From: Mayamaea pseudoterrestris
Taxonomy: Eukaryota
NCBI GenBank assembly: GCA_027923505.1
Contig: BROI01000003.1
Span: forward strand, 372,001 to 436,000
Length of the DNA stretch: 64,000 bases
Direction of reading: 5' to 3'
The position numbers and the translations under genes are program-made. The notes beneath the pieces are model-generated. The model worked only from the letters and a program-made list of their open reading frames with translations. It was not told the DNA's origin and made no database searches. Of the stretch, positions 10,185 through 22,479 are shown in pieces. How positions within the stretch are numbered: position 1 is the stretch's first letter; every line of letters begins with the position of its first letter.

Positions 10185-12949
10185 ATGCGCAGAAGGGAGA
10201 CAAATCATTTGTCCTTATCGACGCCAAAAAGAAGCTCGCGTATATTCGTCACATTCGTCGTTTTGTTCAAGTCGGCAGACGGCCTGCTTCAACCAGAGAC
10301 GCCCAGGCTTAGCAAGCGCCATGGACGTCAATTGTCTCTGCCACCTCTTTTCACCTCTAGCGACTTGAATCCTGCATCACGTACTTGGAGTCAAAAGCGT
10401 CCGTCGTTACAAACTACGGAGCTCATTCAGAGGACGACGCCTTCCATACCTCATGGAACGACTCTACCAGCAAGAGACAATTACCTAGGCCAACGAACGA
10501 TCAGCAATCCAATTATCAACGACAGCAGCTCAAAAGCAAAACCAGAGCGACGAAAACTAAAGACCAAAGCCATGCCGGTGACTGGGTACGATCCGCAAAC
10601 ACTCGAAAATCACTACGACCGACAACCATTCAAGGTCGGCTGGCGACTCAACTCGATTGGCTTTCCACTACTAGCATGGTACCTAGGCTTGATTACGGAT
10701 AAAGCACTTGGCATTGGAGAACGTGAAGACGTGCAACGCAAGCGCGGAGCGGAGCTTCGAAACCACTTGGTGCGGTCCAAAAGTGTTGCACTGATAAAGT
10801 CGGGGCAAGCATTGAGCCTTCGACCGGACCTTATTCGCAACAAGATTTGGGCGGAGGAACTTGGTAAACTAGTGGATGCCGTTGGATCATTCTCGGATGT
10901 CGAAGCTATGAGAATTATTCGAAAGGAACTTGTTGACGTTGCTGGTCGATTGGACGTGACGAAATCGAGTTGGAAGCCAAAGTCGAATCCAATTCTACCC
11001 AAGAGAGCAAGTCGACTGGAAAAAATAGTGGCGTATGATAATGTCTTGAGCTTGTTTGAGTTTTACAACAATGCGCAAGCCGTCGCATCTGCTTCCATTG
11101 GGCAGGTATACAAGGCCAGGATAAAACGAGGTCCACAGCTGGAGGCAGCCATTGGCAAGGATGCTGCCAACATTTGGGGCGGGAAGATGGTAGCAATCAA
11201 AGTCCAACGTCCAGACGTCGAAGAGTCGGCCGCACTAGACATGTATCTTCTTAGGAGAACGGCCTTGTGGTTGTCAAAAGTGAGAGGAGGCGATTTGACG
11301 CAGGTTGCGGATGCCTTTGGTATGCAATTGTTTGGCGAGCTTGACTACGTTCGCGAAGCCGACAATTGCGAGAGGTTTAGAGCGTTATACGACGACTGGA
11401 ACGACATCAAAGTGCCGTCGGCCTGCATTCCATTGACGAGAAGGCGAGTGCTTGTCATGGAGTGGATTGACGGCGAGAAGGGCCCATGGCCCGGGCAATC
11501 TGGCATTCAAATTGTCCGCACTGGTCTAAGGTGCTGCGTCGACCAGCTAATGACGACGGGACTCTTTCATGCCGATCCGCATAGGTGAGACATAGTATGG
11601 TTGATTAATTACGAGTGTGAAAGCTACTGCTTCTGTTGTCGTGCCACTAACGACTATTGGTACACAGGGGCAATCTCCTCAAGACACCAGACAACAAACT
11701 GGCTTTTATAGACTTCGGCATGATGGCCGATATTGACGAGGAAGAACGCTACGGACTCTTCGGGCTTGTGATCGGTCTTCAAAACAAGGATTTGCCCTTG
11801 GTCACGGAGAATTTACTAAAGGTAAGTAAATCGTGTTGATAGCCAAGCACGTTTTAACTTTTGCGCTAAACTAATACTCGCTGGCTTAATTCACAGCTTG
11901 GTTTTCTGAAAGACACGACGCAACTCGATCAGCTCATTCCCCGGCTACGACGGGCACTGATTGCGTCGACTGGCGGTACCGGCAGGGCGTCGGACGTTAA
12001 CTTTGCAACACTCCAGGCAGAACTCGACAGCATTACTCGCGAAAACATTCTCCAATTTTCAACTCCAGCATTCTTTACAATCATCATTCGCAGTTTGACT
12101 ATCTTGGAAGGTGTCGCCTTGAGCGTCGACAAGAACTTCAAGCTCGTTCGGGGAGCCTACCCGTACGTGCTGAGTCAATTGCTAAATCCTCAGGGAAGCG
12201 GCCGCACACCCGAAGCCCTTCGCAGGCTATTGATTCGACTACTCACTGTAAATGGCGACGAAAAGGAGATCGAGTGGGAGCGACTGCGTGACTTTTTGCT
12301 GTTGGCTCAAAAGGCGAGCAAAAGGTACGACCCATCGGCCATCGAGTCGGAAGCAAAGGGCGCACTTTCGCGCAAGTCAATTGAACTCTTGGGTCAATTC
12401 TTCATGTCCCGAACTGGACTATTTTTGAAAAAGCCGCTTGTGCACGAACTGGCCGAGTCGATTGATGGTCTGGCGAGCATTGGTGAGGCAAACTTGATGC
12501 GCCGGGGATTGCTCCCTGCCCTGCCTGGTATGAATGGACCAGTCAATGGGAAGCGCTTGGATGAGATTCGAGTCGTCTTAAATACCTTTCAGGAAGCGCT
12601 GCTAGTCGATTCAAGTGGTTCGTCTTCGGGCAAGGGCAAAGTTGATTCTGCGCCACGCATGGAAGCAATCATGGAACTTTTTCGAGAAGCGTCTTCCTTC
12701 CTCGCTGATCCAAAGTTTCGCGAAAACTCTGGCCCATTGTTGGAGGAGCTGCAGGTACATATTTTTTGGTGATATTATTTGATGACGGTGATGCCAATTC
12801 TTATGAGCTAGCTGACTAACTCACTGTAATTTCTCCCAAAGTCTGTCGCACAGAGTGTGGCCGTGGAAGTGTTGGAGATTCGCGGGTCACGAGCTGTACG
12901 CTCGATTTTGCGCGTCCCTCGAACTCTCAATGACGTGACGACAATTTAA
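10185..12949 (+). CDS. ABC1/UbiB-family atypical kinase (ABC1K), 4 exons (10185-11584, 11668-11821, 11897-12754, 12842-12949)
   Basis: IKSGQALSLRPD, ASASIGQVYKA, VAIKVQRP, ELDYVREA, VMEWIDG, FHADPH(R)GN and FIDFGMM motifs. Three GT-AG introns with CTAAC/CTAAT branch sites keep the frame. Confidence 0.88.
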
Positions 12950-13044
12950 ATGAAAAAATGAACAAGCAAACTTTTCACGCGACCAAAAACAAACTGATAC
13001 GTACAATCTCCGCTATAAAAAAGAGACTATAAAGTAAATTCACA

Positions 13045-13461
13045 CTACACAAATTTTGCGCTCGTCTTTTTCAATAGCTTGGCAATATCCTTAAGATTCT
13101 TCTTCTTTTGTTCCTTGGCATGCTTGCGCTTCGTTGACGTCGGAGCATGGATTGTGTTGGCTTGCGATGCCGACGTTCTTCCAAAGCTTGCTGGTAAATT
13201 GCTAATTTTTTGCCGCTTTGTAAACGTTTCTCGATTTGTTGAAGCAATTGTTCGATCCAGTGACAGTTTCGCAGATTGATTGCGCGCAGTGAGCTTGCGA
13301 TCCAATGTAAGGATTGACCGCACGTGTGCCTTGAAGATTGTTTCGTCGCTGCATGGCTTTTCGGGCTTTTGCTTTCGTTTCTTTAAAGATATTAGCTTTA
13401 TAGGTTCATCTGCTTGTGGTTCTGATGACTCCAAGAGTCGCTTGACAACGTCGGATGGCAT
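13045..13461 (-). CDS. Hypothetical lysine-rich protein (138 aa), possibly nuclear/nucleolar
   Basis: ATG-initiated ORF with KKRKQK and KRKHAKEQKKK basic clusters, lying between well-supported genes. Confidence 0.55.
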   Translation of the reverse strand: MPSDVVKRLLESSEPQADEPIKLISLKKRKQKPEKPCSDETIFKAHVRSILTLDRKLTARNQSAKLSLDRTIASTNRETFTKRQKISNLPASFGRTSASQANTIHAPTSTKRKHAKEQKKKNLKDIAKLLKKTSAKFV

Positions 13462-13873
13462 ATTTGGTTAGGAAATTGATGTTTGCATCGAGGAAGTGTG
13501 TTCGAGATGGAAGAAAAAGTGACGAACGGATGGTTGTGATGGTCATCGCAGCGGTACTCTGAATGTGTCACTCATGCGTTCGCTACAGCAGAAGTAGGTC
13601 GTTTGTCGCTAGCGATCTTGCGATATAAAACGCCAAGGAGTTGAAGTCGTCGCTGCCGACGATGGAGATGCCATGGCAAACATGCGTCCTCCTTAAAAGA
13701 ACGAGAGCGGATCAGTTGTTCATCAAAACATCTCAAAGCTGATAGATATTCGACGTTATCTAATAGTGCGATTTGTCCTTGAGTATATATCTCCTTGCTG
13801 CACTTCATTGGAAACAAGGGACAGGGACTACCAGCACTTGCGCACCCATACTGCTAGCTAGCTATTTTTCGTC

Positions 13874-16800
13874 ATGGCGTCCAATGGTCAGAGCGAGTCT
13901 GCTGCTACGAAGACGACCTATGAATCCATCATGGGTCTGTCGTCTTGTGACGGAAATAGTAATAATCAGCAATCTGCAGTTGCAGCCCTTTCGAATCGCC
14001 TGCAAACGTTTCGCAAGTGGCTCGTCAATGATGCCAAGGTGAGCATGAGCTCGGCCGTGTGCATTGTCAATGGCGAAGCCACGGATGGAACCAAAAATGC
14101 ACCAATGCTAGTGATTGATCGGCAAGCTACTGATATGCCCAATAATAATATCAAGAGTAGCAGCAGCAACAACAATTCGGAGCGCCGCATTGGAGTCATT
14201 GACTCCAATGGCGATCAAACCTTGTATGATCGCACCATGGGTTGCCAGGTACGAGTCGTGCGGGCCGTGGAAAAGGATGAAACGCTCATGAGCATGCCGA
14301 GAGGTGCTTTCGTGACACCCGACTTGGTGGCTTCCAGTGACGCTGGACGAGTTATTTTGGCGTGCAGTAAGCGAGCTGCGAGCACCATTGACAGTGACGA
14401 TGACAACAATAGTAACCATCAATCCGATGGATTCTGGGATGTCTTTGAAAATACGACAATTTGCGAGCAAAAGTACATGTCCAAAATTGTGAGAAACACT
14501 GGTCCGCAGCTGCTGGTCAAGATTCTGCAGGAGCGAAAAAAGGTGGAAATGCTTGCGACCAAGAGAGCGCAGGATCGCGCCTCTACACGGCTACATGGTG
14601 AGACGAACCAGCATAGTTATACGCTAGCTGAACCTGGAACAGTCTCGACGCGAGCTCCGCTGTTGGCCTTTATCATTCATCAGCGATTTGCCGACGAGGT
14701 GATACCGCCGGTGCAGTCGCCAGCGGACATTGTTGCAAAGCAGTTTGAGACTATCATGGATGCAGACGACGATAATGCTTTCAAAGCAGCGGAACAAATA
14801 CAAAAACCTCCAGAATCGCCTGATACATTTGCTCCATATGCACGTACACTTCCTTCCTCCGTCGGTGTCCCGCTGTGCTGGAAACGCAGCGAACTTGCCC
14901 TCCTTGCATCCAGCTTGCCTGGGCTGACCATGCTGCAGGAGGTTGCCGCGAGAACCATGCAGCTTGCCTCCGAGTACATGGCTCTCATGGAGGCTGGTGT
15001 ACTGGAGCGCTTTCCGGAAACCTTTCCGGAAGGACTGATTACATGGGATCGGTGGGTGTGGGCGGCGGCCACAGTGTCGGCAAGGTTTCTACCAGCTGCC
15101 ACGTACATTGATAGAAACGTTGATTGCTGCGCGTTTCGACCAGGGAATAAGCTGGAGTTTCAATCGCCGCCAGAGATTTGGAGCGAGCTTGGTGTTTTGA
15201 TTCCTCTTATGGACATGTTTAATCATGAAATTGAGGAGAATCAGGTGACTTGGCTGCCTCCTTCGGGAAGGGTCGATGACGATGAAGAAGATGGCGTTGT
15301 CGACACAGATGCCGAAACTGATACTGAAACATCTCACCTTGTGACTCACAAGCGGATCAAGAAAGGCAATGAATTATTTACATGCTACGGTTTGAATACG
15401 AATCATGACTTGATTATGCAGTATGGATTCGCTCAGCTGAGCAATCGTTCGGATCAAGTCAAGCTAGGCTGGGGTCTAGCCGACTCGGTCGGGTGCATTG
15501 ACGCCCCGTGCGACTATAAATTGCCCATTGATGACGAAAAACTGCTAACTTTCTGTGTCTTTGAAACCGCTAACGAGGAAGCTTGTCAGACATGGTGGTC
15601 AGATGATCGCATCGCATTGCTGGAGAAGGAAGCTTTCGCCGCTAGTGAGGACGGGTTCATGGAAAGCTTGAAAGGAGGAAAGAAGATGACTGCAATTGCC
15701 TATAGCGACGGGAGCTATCATCCCATCTTACTTTCTGCCCTAGTCGTGGCAACCATGCCAAAAGTGGATCTGCATCGACACGTGACGAATCAATGCGAAA
15801 AGCTAATCATGACAAAGCGCCATCAGGTGGTACTGCAGTGCTATCTGGTGCACCTGTTTTCTAAGAAATTGGAGAAATTGCTGCAGAACGTGAGCGCTGG
15901 ATTGAAGGACCATTTTGAAACCGGTAAGCTTTGGACGGGCGCTTCATGTGGTGGAATACGGTTTAAGGCAACGGAAGATGAAGACAGTCACATCGGATGG
16001 CAATCGTTTTTAGATTGCAATGCTTACACATCAACAATTGAAGTTGAAAACCATTACTACGCCATGGGCGTCGATAGTTGCGTACTGGCGTTACTCGATG
16101 GGCAGTTGCGCGCACTACAGATTTCTTTGGATGGAGTCAAGGACCAGGAAAAGTTTCAAAACAGTGTACTTGCCCAGCTTCTGGACCTCGGTTTCGAGCT
16201 GCAATCAGAAGTTCATGCGGTTAGCAGTAGCGAGAAGAAATCATCGCCGAAAAATCGAAAACGCAATCGTCAGAACAGAACACCAAACGGAATGTCTAAT
16301 AAGCTTAATTTCCCATCCTTGAAGCTTCATATCGGTAATTTGGCATTCTCCACCACTGTACCAGAACTGGCCGACTACTTTTCCCGGATATACGGCAGGG
16401 ATAATATCTTGGACGTCCACATTCCACTGGAGAAAGATACTAACCGATCGCGCGGTTTCGGATTTGTAACGCTTCCAGAGCCGCTTGCAAGCAAGATAGT
16501 TGACACGGAAGCGAAGCATGACCTGAATGGCCGCCTTTTGAAGCTCGCCAGAAGCAGCTCTGCCAGCGCCCCGGAATTGAATCGAGCAGGAAGGATTACG
16601 ACTCCCAACACTTCCAGCGACCGATGTACTGCGTGCGGGTACAGGCCCAAGTACTGCACTTGCAGACCCCCGTCTGCGATGGGGCCGCTAAACCCATACC
16701 CGAACCGTGGACCAGATCCATCTAGTCTTCCTCCGGAGAGCTACTATCGAGGCGAATTTGGATACCGGGACGCGCCGACATTGACCGGAGTGCCACGCAA

Positions 16801-17071
16801 TGATTTATACCATGACCAGGACCGATACGGCTCTGCCTATGATAGGCATGGCGGTGGCGGTCGATATGATGAATCGCTAGGGAGGCGAAGCAGAGACCGC
16901 GAGGTAGATGGCCGTCATGGCGGGCGTGTGAGATCGCGTTCGCCAAGAGACTGGTCCGATGGTTCCGCTAGACGAGGGGAGCATGATGCTGTTCGCGGCT
17001 TTCGAAATGGCGAACATGAAAGGCATGTCATTCGGAGCGATGATCGAGATCGAAAGAGGGGAAAGTACTAA
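13874..17071 (+). CDS. SET-domain (Rubisco-LSMT/SETD3-SETD6-like) methyltransferase fused to an RRM, Cys knuckle and RS/RD-rich tail
   Basis: APYARTLP...PLCW, LIPLMDMFNHE and ELFTCYG...NHDLIMQYGF (SET). LHIGNL and RGFGFVTL (RNP2/RNP1). CTACGYRPKYCTC, then RSRSPR. Single 1065-aa ORF. Confidence 0.85.
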   Translation: MASNGQSESAATKTTYESIMGLSSCDGNSNNQQSAVAALSNRLQTFRKWLVNDAKVSMSSAVCIVNGEATDGTKNAPMLVIDRQATDMPNNNIKSSSSNNNSERRIGVIDSNGDQTLYDRTMGCQVRVVRAVEKDETLMSMPRGAFVTPDLVASSDAGRVILACSKRAASTIDSDDDNNSNHQSDGFWDVFENTTICEQKYMSKIVRNTGPQLLVKILQERKKVEMLATKRAQDRASTRLHGETNQHSYTLAEPGTVSTRAPLLAFIIHQRFADEVIPPVQSPADIVAKQFETIMDADDDNAFKAAEQIQKPPESPDTFAPYARTLPSSVGVPLCWKRSELALLASSLPGLTMLQEVAARTMQLASEYMALMEAGVLERFPETFPEGLITWDRWVWAAATVSARFLPAATYIDRNVDCCAFRPGNKLEFQSPPEIWSELGVLIPLMDMFNHEIEENQVTWLPPSGRVDDDEEDGVVDTDAETDTETSHLVTHKRIKKGNELFTCYGLNTNHDLIMQYGFAQLSNRSDQVKLGWGLADSVGCIDAPCDYKLPIDDEKLLTFCVFETANEEACQTWWSDDRIALLEKEAFAASEDGFMESLKGGKKMTAIAYSDGSYHPILLSALVVATMPKVDLHRHVTNQCEKLIMTKRHQVVLQCYLVHLFSKKLEKLLQNVSAGLKDHFETGKLWTGASCGGIRFKATEDEDSHIGWQSFLDCNAYTSTIEVENHYYAMGVDSCVLALLDGQLRALQISLDGVKDQEKFQNSVLAQLLDLGFELQSEVHAVSSSEKKSSPKNRKRNRQNRTPNGMSNKLNFPSLKLHIGNLAFSTTVPELADYFSRIYGRDNILDVHIPLEKDTNRSRGFGFVTLPEPLASKIVDTEAKHDLNGRLLKLARSSSASAPELNRAGRITTPNTSSDRCTACGYRPKYCTCRPPSAMGPLNPYPNRGPDPSSLPPESYYRGEFGYRDAPTLTGVPRNDLYHDQDRYGSAYDRHGGGGRYDESLGRRSRDREVDGRHGGRVRSRSPRDWSDGSARRGEHDAVRGFRNGEHERHVIRSDDRDRKRGKY

Positions 17072-17315
17072 AACATGTCGCTGTTTATCGGATGGAGCTG
17101 CTGTGCAGGCAAAAATTGACAATCATATATCAAATAAAGTCACCACGACATTTTTGCATATATAGTGTACACTGGCGGTTGGCATTCTATATTTACAGTA
17201 TTAGTCAATAGACTTTTGTCGTCATCCTGTCGAAGCTATAGATACTATGCTCGAGAATTGTCGTAACGGTATTGATCGTTCACCACCCTGACCGCATAAT
17301 TTGTATCTCGACACC

Positions 17316-18848
17316 ATGGGATTATCTACAGCAGAGCGCAATCGACGCAAGCGGGAAAAGAAGAAGGAGCATCGAAAGGAAAGGCAACAGGAGGAAGAAC
17401 AAGAGAAATCATTGAAGGAAAAGGATATTCAAGATCAAAACGGCGACGATGACGATGTTGAAATTATTTACGTACCCGAGGACGTTCAAGTCCCTGAGGA
17501 ATTCGATGGAGTAAGACGTTTGCAGGAGCGCGCTGCCGCAGTGATAACCGACGATGAGCGGAACCCTCATGGTTCTGGAGATGTAGCTGCTAATGACAGC
17601 CATAGTGATGATGACGACGAGGAACACACAAGTTTAAGCAAACGCAAGCAGCGCGACTTACTTCGTCCGTCAGTGGCAGAACTTAAGCGACGTGTCAAGC
17701 GCCCTGACCTTGTGGAAGCGCATGATATTACCGCAGCCGATCCTGACTTTCTACTCGAGCTAAAATCTATTCCAGGAACGGTTCCAGTGCCTCGTCACTG
17801 GGGTAGAAAGCGCAAATACCTGCAGGGAAAGCGTGGCTACGAGAAGAAACCTTTTCAGCTACCAGACTTTATCGTCAAGACTGGCATTACGGAAGTCCGA
17901 GATGGTATTTTGCAGGAGGAAGCGAATAAGTCGATTAAGCAGAAGAACCGAGCGCGAGTGGCGCCCAAGCTCGGAGCTATCGATGTGGATTACAACTCGA
18001 TGCATGCCGCCTTTTTCAAGGAGCAAACTAAGCCAAAGAATTTGACAAAATTTGGAGATCTTTACTATGAGGGAAAGGAAATGGAAGTAGCGGTCAAGGG
18101 ATGCGCAGGTGGGCCGCTCAGCGAGAAGCTGAGGGAAGCGTTGGGCATGACTTCGGAAACGGATCCGCCTCCATGGCTACTCAACATGCAGCGTTATGGC
18201 CCACCGCCTAGCTATCCTGGACTCAAAATTCCCGGCTTGAATGCTCCTTTGCCGAATGCGCAGTGCCAGTATGGGTTTCATCCTGGTGGTTGGGGAAAGC
18301 CTCCTGTCGATGCTTATGGACGACCGCTTTACGGCGGCAATCCTTTTGATCCGCCTGGAAGTTCCACGCGCGATGACGGCTCAAATGGAAATTTGGTTAC
18401 AAGTGATGGCAAGACGATCAACAAAGTTGACTGGGGTGCTTTGCCAATGGGAGTCATGGAAGAGGAAGAGTCGGAAGAGGAAGACGAATCCAGCGGCGAA
18501 GAAATGGAGGAGTCGGACGAAGAGGAAGAACAAACCACCGATGGAGTTGAATCAGTGCTGCCACCGCCATCAGGTGTTGCTGCTCCTGTTGATCTTCGCA
18601 AGCAAGGTGGCGAAGAAACGCCCATGCTGCAAGGGCCGCCGAAGCAACTCTATCAGGTCATTGACGAAACGAAAGCTACCGGGCAAGCGGGTGCCATTTT
18701 CGCATCAGAAACAACATATGCCATACCTGGGAATGCTCCACCAGAAGGAGCGGAAAGTGTGTTATCGAAAGCAGTGCCCCAAGATAAATCGAAGCGCAAA
18801 AAGAAGACCGACGATGAGGACGAGCTCGGGAAGAATTTTAAATTTTAG
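17316..18848 (+). CDS. SF3B2: Splicing factor 3B subunit 2 (SAP145/Cus1)
   Basis: VAELKRRVKRPDLVE, VPVPRHWGRKRKYLQGKRG, FGDLYYEGKE and PSP domain PPPWLLNMQRYGPPPSYPGLKIPGLNAP; ends KNFKF. Confidence 0.95.
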   Translation: MGLSTAERNRRKREKKKEHRKERQQEEEQEKSLKEKDIQDQNGDDDDVEIIYVPEDVQVPEEFDGVRRLQERAAAVITDDERNPHGSGDVAANDSHSDDDDEEHTSLSKRKQRDLLRPSVAELKRRVKRPDLVEAHDITAADPDFLLELKSIPGTVPVPRHWGRKRKYLQGKRGYEKKPFQLPDFIVKTGITEVRDGILQEEANKSIKQKNRARVAPKLGAIDVDYNSMHAAFFKEQTKPKNLTKFGDLYYEGKEMEVAVKGCAGGPLSEKLREALGMTSETDPPPWLLNMQRYGPPPSYPGLKIPGLNAPLPNAQCQYGFHPGGWGKPPVDAYGRPLYGGNPFDPPGSSTRDDGSNGNLVTSDGKTINKVDWGALPMGVMEEEESEEEDESSGEEMEESDEEEEQTTDGVESVLPPPSGVAAPVDLRKQGGEETPMLQGPPKQLYQVIDETKATGQAGAIFASETTYAIPGNAPPEGAESVLSKAVPQDKSKRKKKTDDEDELGKNFKF

Positions 18849-18895
18849 GTACAAAAGCAAAGGATACCGCATTATGTTATAGCTTAGTTTGTTAT

Positions 18896-20358
18896 TTACA
18901 TCTTGACTCGCCTCTCTGACTCCTCCATCGATACTCGTTCAGGACCTCCAGCCCGGATTTCATGCTCCAATCGAAGAAAATCGTGGTGCAGAACTGCAGG
19001 CGTGAGACTACATGCCCAACACCACTTCGTCGTCCGGCAAATTGGGCCAGTTTGAGCCGACGATGCCAATAGTCCGCATCGGATACACAATGTCATCTCT
19101 TGGGGATGAATAAATGGACCAAAATCAAAAGAATAATCCTGCTGAGGCAAGGCAACCAAGGATTGTGCGTCCATCATATGTAAAAGAACCTTCGCGAGAG
19201 CCTTTTCCATTTCATCCGAAGCATTGCCCTTGGCACGCACAATAGCCAGTAGCCGTGACTTTATTGGCGAGCTGGGACTACTGCTTACTTCTTTACCAGT
19301 TGGCAAGCTAGAAGCGTACTTTTCCAAATGCCGTCTCAGAAAATGCCATCGATTTTTGCAACTATTGTCGCTGCGTCCCGGAACCAACCTGGATATTTCA
19401 ACCCACTTGGATCCAATCACCTTATACAAGCGACATATCAATGCATCCTCCATGGGCGTCCAATCTGTAACCTTCACCTTGGTATGCAAGTGATTGTAGT
19501 AGCGCTCGCGACATTGCTTTCCACTCCGATTCGGTACCAGGGCCGCCACATGCGCCCAGCGTACCGGCAGGGGCGCCTGAAAGACGGCACGCAGCAAGAG
19601 TTGATCCTCCGCTTCCGTCCAATGACGAGGAGCAGCCTTGTTCTGACTACCATTGGCGCCATGGCTACTATTCTTGAGCGTGGCAGCGATTGGTATGGGA
19701 CTCATGATAGGAAATTGGTGTCTCGTATTGTTCACATCCACGAGGACGGGCGGGTCACAAGGCGGGGAATGCCTTCGGGTGATATCGATCGCGGCAGGCA
19801 CGTACGTGTTGCTGTCCGTTTGCCCATGCCCGTGATGCGTCGAGGCATTGGACTGGTGGTTATTATCCATTGTCCAGGACGCATCATCCGTTGGCCAAAA
19901 TTCGTCAAACGAAATGACATTCTTTTGGGGTGAATCATAGCTTTGCTCACGTATTTGAGGTCGGCAGTGTCGATAATGAGCCGTGTACGCCTCGAATGGG
20001 GCCTTGTCGAGTGTCAACCACTCCTGCACCGTATGTTCAAACAATAGACAAAACTCTTGCGAATCATTGCGATAGGCAACCACCAATCCAAGATTCCATT
20101 TCTTGATCGACAGTCGATAGGCAGGAACAATTTTGCCAAGGATGCAGTTTCTACACAGCAAGGTTGGCCGCAATGAAGTCGCGTTACTACCGAGCCTGTG
20201 TTAGACCATGGAAAAGGACGAGTCAGCGCAAAATGCTCGGTGTAGATGATTGTTGACAAGCCTGCCGAATCATTGGCTACGATCACATACACGTTGTTGC
20301 TCTCGTCAAAGGTTTCAATCAATGGAGGATCTGACTGTGAGCACTTTCCACACTGCAT
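18896..20358 (-). CDS. R2R3-MYB transcription factor with N-terminal CxxC...CxxC and Tudor-like segment, 2 exons (20358-20291, 20195-18896)
   Basis: WTEAEDQLL...RSGKQCRERYYNHL and WTPMEDALI...GRSDNSCKNRW repeats. A 95-nt intron GTATGT...ACACAG gives MQCGKC...NNV|LGSNATSLRPTLLCRNC. Confidence 0.82.
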
Positions 20359-20824
20359 GGTTGGTGCATTATTTTTACGGCTGATCCAAAAAAGCTTGCA
20401 CTTCACAGTCAATGAAGGATCCTCCACGCTTCTTACTCATTAGAAAATGAGCGTCGGCCAAATGCCGTCTGCTCGCCACCATGCCACTTTGACCGTGGCG
20501 TTTGGCATCACGTTGCGCGTGGCGGGCCTCGATTCGCTTTCAGTAGACACTTCAATAGAGGTGCATTTGGACGGAGGCATGGACGAAACGCCGACGAGAT
20601 TCTTTTGGCGATATGTCGTAGAAGTACCGTTACGACTAATGACCGATCTCGTCGTCGGGCATTGTCCATCACAAAAGCTGGCGACGATGCATTGAGCTTA
20701 CTGTAACAACATCACTTACTCCATATACGAAATTAATCCACCTTGAGCATTCAAAGAATCGCCCTTCTATAATTCCCCTTTAGAGCCCATTGTCGCAGCA
20801 CTCCGTACCTCAAATAAGCCCGTC

Positions 20825-22410
20825 ATGCCTCCTCCGAGCCTACAAAATCTTTCGTCATCCGGCAGGCGCAAAAAGCTAAAGATGACGACAATCATTGGCT
20901 TGGCCATTGCCATTCCCTTGTCGGCAGCAGTTTTTGCCGTCTTGGCAAGCTTGAATCATCTTCATTCCAGCCACAAGACTGACGTTTCTTCGCTTTTGGC
21001 GAACCAAGTAAATCAGTATCAACAACCAAAAGAGGCCCCAATCAAACCTGCACCGCAAGACGAAATAACAACAACAATCAATGACGAATACAGTAGCATT
21101 GGACGAAACGTCAAGTACCACGTCATATTTTCCACTGGCTGCTCCATCTTTCAAGACTGGCAATCCTACATTTTCTTTTACTACGCGCTCAAGAACCAGC
21201 AACCAGGCATTGTCACGCGCATTGTTTCCGGCTGCGACGACGAGCAAAAATCCGAGCTACAAAAGGTCTTTGACGAGCAGATTGCCAGCATGGTGGACGA
21301 TGGACGCTTTCGAATTCACTTTACGCCAGACTACTCCAAAATCAAGCCCAGTGCAGGCTACTACAAGTATTTTAACAAGCCGTTCGGCGTGCATCATTGG
21401 CTGGAGCACGCACTTGGATTTCCAGACAAGGCTAGCAAGGAGGATCGAGATGCCATTGTCGTACTCATGGATCCTGATCAGATTATCATGAGGCCGTTTC
21501 GAAACAACGACTTTAGTAATACACATTGGCAGTTTATTGACAAGGGTGAACGCCCGCGCACCATGATTGACCATGGCAAGCCAATGGGCCAGCAGTACGG
21601 ATTCGGCTTGCAGTGGAAGAATCGAGTCGATCTGACCAACTATACCTTGTTCAACTTGACGGAGCCGTCGCCAGTCACGAAAATGAACTATCATGACGCG
21701 CACAAGGGTTACATGGTGGGACCACCGTATATTGCGACTGGGAACGACTTTTATAAAATTACAAGCAAGTGGACGCAGTTTGCCATTCCAGTGCATGATC
21801 AGGTAAGAATTAACGCAGGGCAGTGGGAAAAGATGGGCGGTAGTAATAGCAAGAGCACTCAAAACGGGCTGCGAAAAAGTACTAACACTTATTATTTCAA
21901 CAGTACGGACACTTGTTGGCAGAAATGTTTGCATACTGTTTAGCAGCTGCGCACTTGGAATTATCGCATCAGACGGCCGGAAGCTTCATGGTATCCGACA
22001 TTTACACAGGCAAGGACGAAGGCTGGCCCTACATTGACGTACTGACACGAAGCAACGCATGCCAACGATACAGTGACTATGATCCAAACCAACTTCCCAG
22101 CGTGTTGCATTTTTGTCAGCGATATGCACTCGGTGATTACTTCTTTGGCAAGTATCGCCTTCCCAAGAGCTTTCTCACTTGTGACGCACCCCTTTTGCTG
22201 GAACCACCACTTGACTTTCCAACAAAAACCAAAATTACTCGCTTCCCCGACGGAACGTCCAAGGAGTATGACGATGAACACACGATTCGAAGCGCCTTTA
22301 TGGTCTGCTACATGATTACCGCCATGAATGAAGCGGCCACGTTTTGGAAGCAACGGCACTGTGCAGATGGTACGGCGAACTTTTTGAAGGAGTTGAAATA
22401 CATCCATTGA
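20825..22410 (+). CDS. Type II membrane glycosyltransferase, peptidyl-serine alpha-galactosyltransferase/HPAT-like, 2 exons (20825-21802, 21904-22410)
   Basis: N-terminal TM segment, YHVIFSTGC..QDWQS, TRIVSGC, HFTPDY, NKPFG, DxD (DPD), GPPY and AEMFAY. Intron GTAAGA...CAACAG joins the two ORFs in frame. Confidence 0.8.
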
Positions 22411-22479
22411 GGTAGCTCCGACGGTCGAGCTCGTCAATCGTCGAGTGTCTTGATTCACGACGAGGCTATTACCTCACAT

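Noticed and set aside
18241..18882. 213-aa overlapping ORF (similar cases at 21257..21934, 25798..26442, 44403..45188)
   Set aside because: These are alternative-frame or antisense ORFs over well-supported genes, with no independent signal.
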